Translations under genes and position numbers: made by a program
Shown: positions 30,145 to 40,358 of the stretch, piece by piece
How the letters are laid out: every line of letters starts with the position of its first letter
How positions within the stretch are numbered: position 1 is the first letter of the stretch
Notes under the pieces: model-generated
The model's input: the letters and a program-made list of their open reading frames with translations, nothing else
Databases searched by the model: none
Told to the model about the DNA's origin: nothing
Assembly (NCBI GenBank): GCA_014376805.1
Contig: JACMQU010000178.1
Location: 69,181 to 133,180 of the forward strand
Length of the DNA stretch: 64,000 nucleotides
Direction of reading: 5' to 3'
Origin: Bacteroidia bacterium
GTDB taxonomy: Bacteria; Bacteroidota; Bacteroidia; UKL13-3

Positions 30145-32421
30145 TTAAAACGTATAATTAACGCCTATAGTGGGCATAATTGGTAACTGGTTTATGCGTT
30201 TGTAATTTAATCTGTCAAAATAAAATATGTTTTCACGGTTATATACATTGGTAGCAGAGGCTGTAATAGTTAAGACCTGGTGTTCTCTTACGAAAAACTT
30301 TTTTGAAACTGAAACATCCATGCGGTGAAAATAGGGTAGTCTTCCCGTATTAATAGAACTGTTATAACTAATACCTAAGTTACCGTTCTGGTTATTTACA
30401 TTACCCGAAACTCCCTGTAAATTGAGTAGTTCATAAAATCCCTGTGTTTGTGTAAAAGGAAATCCTGAACCATAATTCCAGCGTGAATTGAAACTCCAGC
30501 TTTTCTTATGCCCATATTGATAAGTAAAAACTAGGTTAATATTATGCCTTCGGTCAAAATGAGGAACATAGTTCTGCAGACCGTCATTTCTTGTTACGAA
30601 TGTTAAGGAATATACTGCCCATATGTATACACTTTTTCTTTCAAATTTAAGACGGGCATCACCTCCATAAGCTTTACCTGTCTCTTTTATAATATCACCT
30701 TTTAAATGGTAATCCACATTATTGTGTGCTTCATCATCGTCATAAATTTTATTACGGTTAATATTGGTAATCTGGCTAAAGTTTTTTAGAAAACCTTCAA
30801 AATTAAGCTCAATATATTTACCCAGGTCTACTTCCAAACCACCAACATAATGTTCAGCCGTTTGCCTTTGAATATCACTGTTTACTTTATCGGGACTTGA
30901 AAGAAAGCCATAAAATAAATTTACAACATCCTGGTCACTTACTGCACTCATTAAATTCTGAGAATACTTACCAGCAGCTAATTTAAGTCTTATTGTACTA
31001 GAGGCATTGTATTTCATTCCAAACCTGGGTTCAAAACTGCCTTCGGTAAGAGATGAGTAATAGATTACTCTTAAGCCAGGCTCAAACACAAAGCGCCTGA
31101 ATACTTTTTTATATTTAACAAAGCCATGCACTTCAGTGGTATAATCGCTTTGCTCAAGATGCCGGCCTGCAGGGTTTACGTAATTAAAGTTAGTAGAAAA
31201 ACCAACTGCATCAAATCCATACCGGATGTCATCTTTATTACCAATAAAATTACTGAAATTTAAGGATGCATTAAAACTATTGATGCTGCTTTCCCGGGGT
31301 AAATTGTCTGATTCAACCTGCTTCATCAGGTATTTTGAGTATCCTAAATTTGCATTGATAACTGTTGAGCCATCAGGAATTAATAATAAGTTGCCTCCAA
31401 ATCCGTTAGAGGTCCAATTATATTTTGTTGACGCAAAATTAGCCTGGTCATCAAAGTTAAAACCAAACAGGTTAACTCTACTTCCATTAGGAGATATGGT
31501 ACTGAATTTTGCATACAGGTCATTAAAAGAATAGGGTAGTCCGTTCACGGCATCAGCATAATTATAAAGTACTTTACTGGTTTTATCCAGGTAAGAAGTT
31601 TTGTAAGAAAAGATATAAGATGAGCTACCGCCCCCTTCTGTAAATTTGCTGATAGGACCTTCCAGTAAAATTTTTGCAGTAATAGGGTTAACAGATACTT
31701 TACCAGCGAATCTTGTTTTGTTACCTTCACGTGTATTTACATCAATTATGCCGCTTATTCTGCCTCCATATTGTGCATTGAACCCACCAGCGCTAACATC
31801 TGCATTTTTTATAATATCTGCATCAAATACCGAAAATAAACCGATGCTGTGAAATGGATTATAAATGATCATACCATCCATGGTAACTTTATTCATTACC
31901 GGAGGCCCGCCTCTTACATAAAGCTGGCCACCCTGATCTCCGCTGAAATTAACCCCAGGGAGAACTTGCAGGTACTGAACAAGATCTGGTTCGCCACCAA
32001 AAGTTGGAAGTTGCTTTAATTCTTTTTGTGTTATAACATTGGTAGAGACATTTACATTCTCTTTTGTCTTTTGCTTATCCCCCCGGATTTCTACTTCATT
32101 CAATTCAAATTTTCTGGGTTTTAAATAAAGGTTCTGTGTGGTAATTCTTCCTGCTGTTAAAATTACTGTAGCTTGCGAAGTATCATACCCAAGGCTCCAG
32201 CACAACAACGTATAAGTACCGGGTTTTATTTTCGACATATCAAAAAAACCATTAATGTCGGTTGCTTTGCCAATGATAAGCTCTTTGATAACAACATTTG
32301 TAAAGATAATAGGTTCCCCATTTTCTTTGTCATATACAAACCCCCGCACAGATGCCTGTTGAGCCATAGAGGTTAACGAAAGTAGTAATACGGATATTAG
32401 GGTTATGTATATTTTTTTCAT
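30145..32421 (-). CDS. TonB-dependent receptor with N-terminal carboxypeptidase-regulatory-like domain
   Basis: RGFVYDKENGEP, LPGV...LYVRGG plug, GGFNAQYGGRISG, NVYNREN and C-terminal F. Confidence 0.88.
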   Translation of the reverse strand: MKKIYITLISVLLLSLTSMAQQASVRGFVYDKENGEPIIFTNVVIKELIIGKATDINGFFDMSKIKPGTYTLLCWSLGYDTSQATVILTAGRITTQNLYLKPRKFELNEVEIRGDKQKTKENVNVSTNVITQKELKQLPTFGGEPDLVQYLQVLPGVNFSGDQGGQLYVRGGPPVMNKVTMDGMIIYNPFHSIGLFSVFDADIIKNADVSAGGFNAQYGGRISGIIDVNTREGNKTRFAGKVSVNPITAKILLEGPISKFTEGGGSSSYIFSYKTSYLDKTSKVLYNYADAVNGLPYSFNDLYAKFSTISPNGSRVNLFGFNFDDQANFASTKYNWTSNGFGGNLLLIPDGSTVINANLGYSKYLMKQVESDNLPRESSINSFNASLNFSNFIGNKDDIRYGFDAVGFSTNFNYVNPAGRHLEQSDYTTEVHGFVKYKKVFRRFVFEPGLRVIYYSSLTEGSFEPRFGMKYNASSTIRLKLAAGKYSQNLMSAVSDQDVVNLFYGFLSSPDKVNSDIQRQTAEHYVGGLEVDLGKYIELNFEGFLKNFSQITNINRNKIYDDDEAHNNVDYHLKGDIIKETGKAYGGDARLKFERKSVYIWAVYSLTFVTRNDGLQNYVPHFDRRHNINLVFTYQYGHKKSWSFNSRWNYGSGFPFTQTQGFYELLNLQGVSGNVNNQNGNLGISYNSSINTGRLPYFHRMDVSVSKKFFVREHQVLTITASATNVYNRENIFYFDRLNYKRINQLPIMPTIGVNYTF

Positions 32422-32569
32422 AAATTATAGCGGCACGAATATAGGAGAAGTGTAAAGAATATGAACAAAAGTTGCATCATGCAGGCATATTTTTTCAAAT
32501 ATTACCTGCAAATACATAAATTGCGAACTTTCATTTAAAGAATTTTACGCACGAAAGACAACAACAGAT

Positions 32570-35047
32570 ATGATTAAAAAAAAACACGCTTCTTCTTTTA
32601 AGTGGTTTTTCATATTTCTTACCGGCCTTTTTTTACTCACTCAAAATGCCACGCATGCACAGGTTAATATTCAGAGTAATAAAGATCTTTCAAATATAAG
32701 AGTTGAAGAGCTAAGCGATGAGCAGGTAACAAACTTCTGGAATCAATTTCAAAGCAAGGGATATACTTTAAATGATCTGGAAAGAGAACTTAGAAAACGC
32801 AAAATGCCGTTTGCTGAATTTGAAAAATTAAAACAAAGAATTGTAAAACTTACTTCTGAGAAAACCAGTAATTCAAATGCTGATAATATCCAGTCTTCAC
32901 GCTCAACAGCAGATGGGAGTGAGACAGAACAAAAATCTGCAGGGGATGAATTTGAAAGCCTGCTCCCAAAAATTTTTGGCAGTGAATTGTTTAATAATAA
33001 AAAGTTAAGTTTTGAACCTGATCTGAAAATGGCTACTCCGCTAAATTATCAACTTGGCCCGGGTGATGAACTTATCATTGACATTTTTGGATATTCTGAA
33101 GAATCTTTTAACCTTAAAGTTAGTCATGAGGGTACTATAAAAATTCCGAATGTTGGTGTAATTAATGTAAATGGAATTACAATTGAACAGGCATCAACCC
33201 GGATTAAACAAAACCTGGTAAAAGTTTATGACAGAATTAATAGTGGTCAAACACAAGTTAGCATTACTTTAGGAAATATAAGAAGTATAAAAGTTATTTT
33301 AATTGGTGAAGTAGTTTTACCCGGAACTTATACATTGCCCTCACTTGCCACAGTATTTAACGCTCTTTATGTGTCTGGAGGTCCAGATATGAACGGTTCT
33401 TTCCGCAATATAAAAATCATTAGAAACAATAATATTGTGGGCAATCTTGATGTATATGAATTTATAAAGAATGGTTCTGCAAAAGGCAATATTCGTTTAC
33501 AGGATCAGGATATCATAAAAGTATATCCCTATCAAAAAAGAGTTGAATTGAAAGGGCAGATAAAAAGAGAAGGTTTATATGAAGTTTCCAAATCAGAGAG
33601 TTTAAAACAGGTGATTGATTTTGCCGGTGGGTTTACGGATTATGCTTACCAGGATAGAATTAAAGTAATCCGCAATAATGCTAAACAAAAGAGTGTAGCA
33701 GATGTGCCTTTTAATCAGTTAGATAAGTTTGAACCTAAAACAGGGGATATTTACCAAATAGACAGGATCCTGAATCGCTTTGAAAACAGGGTTGTTATTG
33801 AAGGTGCTATTTTTAGACCGGGAAACTATGCCATTGAACCTGGTTTAACCGTTAAAAAACTTATTGAAAATGCGGAAGGGGTAACTGAAGATGCTTTTAT
33901 GACAAGGGCCATTATCTATCGTTTAAAAGAGGATAATTCTCTTGAAATGATATCCTTCAGCATTGATGAAATTCTCAATGGGAAGAGCGCTGATATTATC
34001 TTGAAAAGGGAAGATAAAATTCAGATAGCTTCTAAAAAAGAGGTTCAGAGTAGTCATGTACTAATTATAAATGGAGAAGTACTAAAGCCTGGAAATTACA
34101 AATATGCGGAGAAAATGAAAATTGAAGACCTGATTATTGCCGCAGGTGGGTTCAAAGAATCTGCGTCAAATAAAAGAATTGAAGTTTCACGTAGAAAAGA
34201 AAATGCCGATAGAACGATATCAAACAGTGAAATAGCGGTAGTGGGTATTTATGATGTGGAAAAGGATTTAAGTGTGAATAAAAGCGTAACTTCTTTTGAA
34301 CTCAAACCGTTTGATATCATTACCGTATTTGCTTTACCGGGTTATGTTCAGCAAAAAACCGTAAAAATTGAGGGAGAGGTGCTTTTTCCGGGCAGTTATT
34401 CCATTATGCGCAATAATGAGCGTATTTCAGATGTTATATTCAGATCGGGCGGACTTACCGCCAATGGGTTTGCAGAAGGTGCTATATTGGTTAGGCTAAA
34501 ATCAAATTCAGCATCACAGGATGTTATTAAAGACAATAAGTTACGTGCATTGAAGAAACAAAGTAAGGATTCTTCTGAGGCAAATGAAGCAATTAGTCTG
34601 GAAACAAAACGACTGAATGATATTGTTGGAATTGACTTGAAATCTATACTTAAAAATCCGGGTTCAAAAGGTGATCTTTTTATAAGGGATAATGATATTA
34701 TAAGGATACCCGAACTATCGCAGACAGTGCTTGTTACAGGTGAAGTATTATATCCTGTTAAAATACGATTTAATAAATCAGACCGTTTTAAAAAATACGT
34801 ATATGGTGCAGGTGGGTTCAGCGCAAAAGCATTAAAAAAACATTCTTATATTGTATATGCTAATGGTACTGCAAGAGCCACCAAACATTTTCTTTTTATG
34901 AACATTTACCCTAAAGTGAAGCCGGGAGCTGAAATTGTAATCCCAGTTAAAGAAGAAAGAAAAGCAATTAGTACCATTGAAGTTGTTACTATTGCCACTA
35001 GTTTAACAAGTATGTTGGTATTGGTTGTAACATTGCTTAAACGATAA
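32570..35047 (+). CDS. Polysaccharide export protein with multiple SLBB domains (Wza/KpsD-like)
   Basis: YQLGPGDEL, repeated GEV..PG.Y and AGG motifs, and a C-terminal amphipathic/TM helix. Confidence 0.88.
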   Translation: MIKKKHASSFKWFFIFLTGLFLLTQNATHAQVNIQSNKDLSNIRVEELSDEQVTNFWNQFQSKGYTLNDLERELRKRKMPFAEFEKLKQRIVKLTSEKTSNSNADNIQSSRSTADGSETEQKSAGDEFESLLPKIFGSELFNNKKLSFEPDLKMATPLNYQLGPGDELIIDIFGYSEESFNLKVSHEGTIKIPNVGVINVNGITIEQASTRIKQNLVKVYDRINSGQTQVSITLGNIRSIKVILIGEVVLPGTYTLPSLATVFNALYVSGGPDMNGSFRNIKIIRNNNIVGNLDVYEFIKNGSAKGNIRLQDQDIIKVYPYQKRVELKGQIKREGLYEVSKSESLKQVIDFAGGFTDYAYQDRIKVIRNNAKQKSVADVPFNQLDKFEPKTGDIYQIDRILNRFENRVVIEGAIFRPGNYAIEPGLTVKKLIENAEGVTEDAFMTRAIIYRLKEDNSLEMISFSIDEILNGKSADIILKREDKIQIASKKEVQSSHVLIINGEVLKPGNYKYAEKMKIEDLIIAAGGFKESASNKRIEVSRRKENADRTISNSEIAVVGIYDVEKDLSVNKSVTSFELKPFDIITVFALPGYVQQKTVKIEGEVLFPGSYSIMRNNERISDVIFRSGGLTANGFAEGAILVRLKSNSASQDVIKDNKLRALKKQSKDSSEANEAISLETKRLNDIVGIDLKSILKNPGSKGDLFIRDNDIIRIPELSQTVLVTGEVLYPVKIRFNKSDRFKKYVYGAGGFSAKALKKHSYIVYANGTARATKHFLFMNIYPKVKPGAEIVIPVKEERKAISTIEVVTIATSLTSMLVLVVTLLKR

Positions 35048-35061
35048 TCAGTATAGGTGTT

Positions 35062-36144
35062 ATGAAGGATAGTGAATATATAAGTTTGAAAGATATACTT
35101 TTCTTTATAAAGCGGGTTTTTGGTTATGCTTTACAAAGATGGAAATTATTTTTTGTGATTGGATTTTCAGGTGGTGTGGTGGGTTTTATTTATGCCTCTT
35201 TTCAGGATCCGATATATGAAGCCAGGCTAACTTTTATTTTAAATGAAAATGAGCCCACCTCTTCTTTTAGTTTGTCATCTCTCGCAGGTCTTGCAGGTTT
35301 AGGAGGCGGTAGTGCCGGAAATGTTAGTGAAGATAAATTAATTTTTATAGCAAACTCGCGCAATCTTATTGGTAGTACTTTGTTAAATGAAACACTAATC
35401 GGTGGTCAGAAAAAATTGCTGGCAAATTTTTATTTGGAATATTATAATCTTATTCCGGGTTTTAAATCTGATACAACACTTATTAATTTTACCGGCTTTA
35501 CACATCTAACCCTGGAGCAGTTAAATTACCAGGAAAATAAAGTAATGGATAAAATAGTAAAGACACTTTTTGATGGTAAGAGTTTTACAATTGATGCAAA
35601 AAAGAAATCGGGCATTGTAGCGCAAGGAGCCGGAATTATTGAATTAAAATTTAAATCAGTAAGCGAGGAATTTTCACTCCTTTTTATAGAAAGATTATAT
35701 GATAATTTAAGTAAATACTATATTAATAAAGCAGTACAAAGGCAGTTAAGAAACTATAACCTGATAAAAGCCAGAACAGATTCAATAAAGGAAGTATTGT
35801 TTAATAAGGAAGATTATGGTGCTGAAATGTTGGATAAAAATGTAAGGGTGATAAGGATGAAAGGCAGGGTAGATATGGAGAGAACCAGAAGAGACGTGGA
35901 ATTGCTTAGTTTAATGTATGGCGAAGTGATGAAGAATCAGGAAATAGCAAAGTTTGCCCTCGATAACCAAACGCCCTATTTTCAAACAATAGATAAACCC
36001 ACTTATCCATTATTTATAAAGAAAATGTCGAGAATGTTAGCAGCTATATTAGGTGCAGTCTTACTTTCTTTTGTTGTTTTTATTTGGCTTATCGCAAAAG
36101 ATTATCGCCTGATTTTTTCACCTGCGATGAAAATTAATGGATGA
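35062..36144 (+). CDS. Chain-length determinant (Wzz-like polysaccharide co-polymerase)
   Basis: Two TM segments flanking a coiled coil, LAGLAG and IDKP..P. No Walker A kinase domain. Confidence 0.75.
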   Translation: MKDSEYISLKDILFFIKRVFGYALQRWKLFFVIGFSGGVVGFIYASFQDPIYEARLTFILNENEPTSSFSLSSLAGLAGLGGGSAGNVSEDKLIFIANSRNLIGSTLLNETLIGGQKKLLANFYLEYYNLIPGFKSDTTLINFTGFTHLTLEQLNYQENKVMDKIVKTLFDGKSFTIDAKKKSGIVAQGAGIIELKFKSVSEEFSLLFIERLYDNLSKYYINKAVQRQLRNYNLIKARTDSIKEVLFNKEDYGAEMLDKNVRVIRMKGRVDMERTRRDVELLSLMYGEVMKNQEIAKFALDNQTPYFQTIDKPTYPLFIKKMSRMLAAILGAVLLSFVVFIWLIAKDYRLIFSPAMKING

Positions 36145-36554
36145 GAATAAATGATGCACATATTATCAATTTGCCAAAAATACTTGATAACAGGGGTAAT
36201 TTATCCTATTTTGAAAGTGAGAAGGATATACCTTTTGAAATAAAAAGAGTGTATTGGATTTATGATGTGCCCGGAGGTGAGCAAAGGGGTGGCCACAGTT
36301 ATAAAAAAAACAAAGAAATGATTATTGCCCTTTCAGGTAGTTTTGATGTGGTGATAAACGATGGATTTGAAGAAAAAAAAATTACCCTTAACCGTTCTTA
36401 TTCCGGGTTGTATGTTCCAAATGGTATTTGGCGTCACATGGAAAATTTCTCTACCAATTCTCTCGCCTTAATAGTTGCTTCAGAAAATTATGAAGCTGCA
36501 GATTATGAAAGAGATTCTGCTCATTTTGTCTTATCGAAAGGAGGACGCAAGTGA
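36141..36554 (+). CDS. FdtA/QdtA-family cupin (copy 1)
   Basis: DNRGNL, PFEIKRVYWIYDVP, RGGHSY and DYER. Confidence 0.85.
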   Translation: MRINDAHIINLPKILDNRGNLSYFESEKDIPFEIKRVYWIYDVPGGEQRGGHSYKKNKEMIIALSGSFDVVINDGFEEKKITLNRSYSGLYVPNGIWRHMENFSTNSLALIVASENYEAADYERDSAHFVLSKGGRK

Positions 36555-36970
36555 GTAGAAGTGTATATGATTGCTCCCTTATAAAGTTGCCGCAAATTGA
36601 ATTCAGGGCCGGTAATATTACTCCTGTTCATAATAGTGTAGGAATACCTTTTGATATTAAACGGATCTTTTACTTATATGATATTCCGGGTGGAGAATCA
36701 AGAGGAGGTCATGCACATAGATTATGCCACCAGGTATTAATTGCAGCAAGCGGAAGTTTTGAAGTATTATTGAATGATGGCAAAACACAAAGGCAGGTTA
36801 TGTTAAACAGGCCTTATTATGGTTTGCATATTCCGCCAATGATATGGGCCTCAGAAGTTAATTTCTCTTCTGGCTCTATTTGCCTTGTTTTAGCATCACA
36901 TTTTTATGATGAACTTGATTATATACGAGATTATAAATTATTTATTGAGAACTCAGGAGATCATAAATGA
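36551..36970 (+). CDS. dTDP-6-deoxy-3,4-keto-hexulose isomerase, FdtA/QdtA family (copy 2)
   Basis: PFDIKRIFYLYDIP, RGGHAH and DYIRDY. GTG start overlaps the upstream stop. Confidence 0.87.
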   Translation: MSRSVYDCSLIKLPQIEFRAGNITPVHNSVGIPFDIKRIFYLYDIPGGESRGGHAHRLCHQVLIAASGSFEVLLNDGKTQRQVMLNRPYYGLHIPPMIWASEVNFSSGSICLVLASHFYDELDYIRDYKLFIENSGDHK

Positions 36971-37941
36971 CAGGCGTTTCTATGATAACAACAGAATTAA
37001 TTGAATATAAAAGCAGGAGTGAGGAGCTTTTTTTTTATTCACCTTATAACTTTATTAGAACTATATCACCCGCTAAAATTGCCTCGCATCTTTTTAGTAC
37101 CGTTATATCAAAGTTTGGAAAAACTGAAAAGGATATTATAATTGAAATTCTAACGGCCGGTGAAAGACATTTTTTTCTTGTATCATTTTTAGAATGGGAT
37201 ACAAATTACTTTAATAAAAACACCTATAAACTTTTCACGGTTTTATATTCACATCAAAATCTAACTACATTAGCTTCTGCTGTAAAACAATTTAAACATG
37301 TTTTTTTTAATACCGATAGAAAATACCTGTTTATAGAAATTCCTTCAGAGGATGTATTGTTGCAGCAAGCCCTAACTGATAATAGGTTCAAACTATTAGA
37401 AACAAGACTCACCTATTTTAATGATATGCTCGGCAATTTTAAAAATGAACGGTTTTGTGTTCGTAAGGCCGGTGAAGCGGATGTTTTGCAGTTAAAACAA
37501 ACTGCAAAAGTGATGCGGAATAAATACGACCGGTTTCATGCTGATAAAGTTTTTGACAATGAAACCGCAGATAACTTTTTGAGCACTTATATTGAGAATT
37601 CGGTAAATGGATTTGCAGATTTAATATTAGTTCCTGCCGAAAATGGAATACCTTCTGATTCTTTTTTAACAGCCAACTATTTAAAACAAGATTGGGAAGA
37701 ACTTGGTGTTAAAGTATCAAAAATGGTGTTATCTTCCGTTTCCTCTGCTACTAATAGAGGATGGTATATAAAGTTAATTACAGAAATGACATATTATCTT
37801 CGGGATGAAATTGGAAGCGAATGTATTTTTATGAATACACAATCTACAAATCGGGCTGTTTATAAAACTTGGGAAAAATCCGGTTACAGGCTGGGAGCAG
37901 TTGCACATGTTTTGGCATTTACAGATTATCCTGTTAATTAA
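36967..37941 (+). CDS. WecD-like GNAT N-acyltransferase (putative)
   Basis: LEWDTNYF, DRFHAD and NTQSTNRAVYKTWEKSGY, similar to GNAT motif B. Lies between fdtA and the aminotransferase. Confidence 0.6.
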   Translation: MTGVSMITTELIEYKSRSEELFFYSPYNFIRTISPAKIASHLFSTVISKFGKTEKDIIIEILTAGERHFFLVSFLEWDTNYFNKNTYKLFTVLYSHQNLTTLASAVKQFKHVFFNTDRKYLFIEIPSEDVLLQQALTDNRFKLLETRLTYFNDMLGNFKNERFCVRKAGEADVLQLKQTAKVMRNKYDRFHADKVFDNETADNFLSTYIENSVNGFADLILVPAENGIPSDSFLTANYLKQDWEELGVKVSKMVLSSVSSATNRGWYIKLITEMTYYLRDEIGSECIFMNTQSTNRAVYKTWEKSGYRLGAVAHVLAFTDYPVN

Positions 37942-37947
37942 TAAAAA

Positions 37948-39051
37948 ATGATAAAGTTTTTAGATCTTCAAAAGATCAATGAAGTTTATAAAAGCGATTT
38001 TGAAAATGCGCTCAAATCAGTACTCGAATCAGGTTGGTTCATCATGGGTAAGGAAGTGTTACAATTTGAAAATGATTATGCGCAGTATTGCGGAACTAAA
38101 CATTGCATTGGAGTAGCAAATGGTCTTGATGCACTTACGTTAATTATAAGGGCTTATAAAGAGATGGGGATTTTTGCAGACGGGGATGAAGTAATTGTTC
38201 CTGCAAATACATACATAGCCAGTATATTATCGGTATCAGCTAATAACCTTGTTCCGGTTTTGGTTGAACCCGAAGAAGACTCTTATAACATTGATCCAAC
38301 ACAGATAGAAAAGATAATTACAACAAAGACCAAAGCTATTCTGGCTGTAAATTTATATGGACAAGCAGCCAATATGGAGCAACTCCGAAAGATTGCCTTT
38401 AAAAATAATTTAAAACTTATAGAAGATGCAGCGCAATCTCATGGAGCATTGCATCATGGCCAACGTTCAGGTTCATTAGGTGATGCCGCCGGACATAGTT
38501 TTTATCCGGGCAAAAATTTAGGTGCATTAGGAGATGGAGGTGCCATTACTACTAATGATAATGAGCTAGCAATGATGTTAAGGGCGATTCATAATTATGG
38601 TTCCTTTAAAAAATATGAAAATATTTACAAAGGAATGAATAGCAGGTTAGATGAACTACAGGCGGCATTTCTGATAATTAAACTCAGAAATCTGGACAAT
38701 GACAATTTGAAAAGAAGTAAAATCGCTGAACAATACCTGGCAAAAATTACCAACCCGCTTTTGTTATTACCAGTAGTAAAAAGTTATGACCAACATGTAT
38801 GGCATTTGTTCGTTGTTAGGGTTGCAGACAGGGAAAATTTTCAACTGCATTTAAATAATAACGGTGTACAAACCCTTATTCATTATCCAATTGCTCCCCA
38901 CCATCAATTAGCATACAAAGAGTTTGCACATCTGTCTTTTCCTATTACTGAAAAAATTCATCGGGAGGTTTTAAGTTTGCCAATAAGCCCTGTTTTAACT
39001 GAAACAGAAGTAGCCGAAATAATACGTGTTGTTAACCAGTATAGACCTTAG
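37948..39051 (+). CDS. DegT/DnrJ/EryC1/StrS aminotransferase (FdtB-like)
   Basis: [33 protein letters not shown] and [10 protein letters not shown]. Confidence 0.92.
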   Translation: MIKFLDLQKINEVYKSDFENALKSVLESGWFIMGKEVLQFENDYAQYCGTKHCIGVANGLDALTLIIRAYKEMGIFADGDEVIVPANTYIASILSVSANNLVPVLVEPEEDSYNIDPTQIEKIITTKTKAILAVNLYGQAANMEQLRKIAFKNNLKLIEDAAQSHGALHHGQRSGSLGDAAGHSFYPGKNLGALGDGGAITTNDNELAMMLRAIHNYGSFKKYENIYKGMNSRLDELQAAFLIIKLRNLDNDNLKRSKIAEQYLAKITNPLLLLPVVKSYDQHVWHLFVVRVADRENFQLHLNNNGVQTLIHYPIAPHHQLAYKEFAHLSFPITEKIHREVLSLPISPVLTETEVAEIIRVVNQYRP

Positions 39052-39057
39052 ATATTA

Positions 39058-40350
39058 ATGAAAAGATGGATGGATAATTTTCGGTCATCGGAGGTTTTAA
39101 ATGTATCTGTTTTTACGGCGATATCTACCTTTGTAAGGTTAGTTACTGCATTTGTATCGGCAAAAGTTATTGCCATATACCTTGGCCCGGAAGGATTGGG
39201 TTTGCTGGGGCAGTTATCTGGTTTTGTATCCATTGTTCTGGTATTATCTACCGGTGCAACCACAAATGGCGTTATTAAATACCTGGCAGAATATAATGGG
39301 GAGGCCAATAAGCAAGAAAGTATTATTAAGTCGTCATTGATTATTACCATTATAAGTTCTTTATTAATTGGTACAATCTTGGTTTTTTTTTCAGGTTACT
39401 GGTCAAACTTATTGTTTGGTTCTCATACCAACTATTCTTCCATTATTTTAATTTTCGGATTCACCTTAATATTTTATGCAGGTTCATCTTTGTTTGTTGC
39501 TATATTAAATGGACTTAAAGAATATAAAAAATATAATTATATAAATATCTGGTCAAGTTTGGCAGGTTTATTAATTTCCATAATTTTCATTACTTACTTG
39601 GGCTTGTATGGTGCTTTGTTGGCTGCGGTTACATCTCAATTAGCCATTTTTATTATTTTCCTTTATTATTTTTCAAGAGTTAAAACATTAAACTGGCGGA
39701 AAATTATAAATGCTTCTATAAATAAATTTGAATATTACAAACTGGCTAAGTTTTCTTTAATGGCAATTATTACATCTGCCTCAGTTCCTGTGTCTCAAAT
39801 TTTTATCAGAAATTATATTCTGGATAATGCAGATGCGGCAAGTATGGGTTATTATGAAGGAATAAACCGTATTTCTTTATTATACCTAAGCCTCATTACA
39901 ACAACACTTTCTGTATATTATTTGCCAAAGTTATCGGAAATAAAAAATGTGCAGTTATTGAGAAGAGAGATATTAAATGGGTATAAGCTGCTACTTCCAA
40001 TAACTTTGCTTATTTTATTAACAGTTTACCTCTTACGTAATATTCTAATTCGAATAGTATTTACAAGTTCGTTTGAACCCATTACAGCTTATTTTTTGCC
40101 TCAGTTAGTGGGAGACTTTTTTAAGATTGCAAGTTGGCTTCTCGCGTTTCAAATGTTGGCTAAAGCTATGACGGTTACTTTTATTATAACAGAAATATTT
40201 TTTTCGGCTACTTTAGTTATGTTGTCAGTTTATTTTATACAAATGTATGGTGGAGTAGGGGCTGTATATGCTTACGGCATTAATTATTTCTTGTATTTTA
40301 TTTGTATGATTATTGTTTTTAGAAAATTACTTATGAATAAGCAAATTTAA
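39058..40350 (+). CDS. wzx: O-antigen flippase (Wzx, WzxE-like)
   Basis: KVIAIYLGPEGLGLLGQ, YYLPKLS and GDFFKIASW. About 12 TM segments. Confidence 0.85.
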   Translation: MKRWMDNFRSSEVLNVSVFTAISTFVRLVTAFVSAKVIAIYLGPEGLGLLGQLSGFVSIVLVLSTGATTNGVIKYLAEYNGEANKQESIIKSSLIITIISSLLIGTILVFFSGYWSNLLFGSHTNYSSIILIFGFTLIFYAGSSLFVAILNGLKEYKKYNYINIWSSLAGLLISIIFITYLGLYGALLAAVTSQLAIFIIFLYYFSRVKTLNWRKIINASINKFEYYKLAKFSLMAIITSASVPVSQIFIRNYILDNADAASMGYYEGINRISLLYLSLITTTLSVYYLPKLSEIKNVQLLRREILNGYKLLLPITLLILLTVYLLRNILIRIVFTSSFEPITAYFLPQLVGDFFKIASWLLAFQMLAKAMTVTFIITEIFFSATLVMLSVYFIQMYGGVGAVYAYGINYFLYFICMIIVFRKLLMNKQI

Positions 40351-40358
40351 ATACTCAA

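Noticed and set aside
32430..32446. GCGGCACGAATATAGGA as a third sigma54 promoter
   Set aside because: It lacks TGG at -24 and TTGC at -12. It is better explained as the reverse complement of a -7-like box (TATATTCG) for the TonB receptor.
32480..32510. Imperfect dyad TGCAGG.ATATTT...AAATAT..CCTGCA upstream of the polysaccharide locus
   Set aside because: The arms are short and interrupted with no U-tract, so it is too weak to call an operator, terminator or invertible-promoter end.
35062..36144. Wzc tyrosine kinase
   Set aside because: No Walker A motif or C-terminal Tyr cluster, so it was called Wzz-like.
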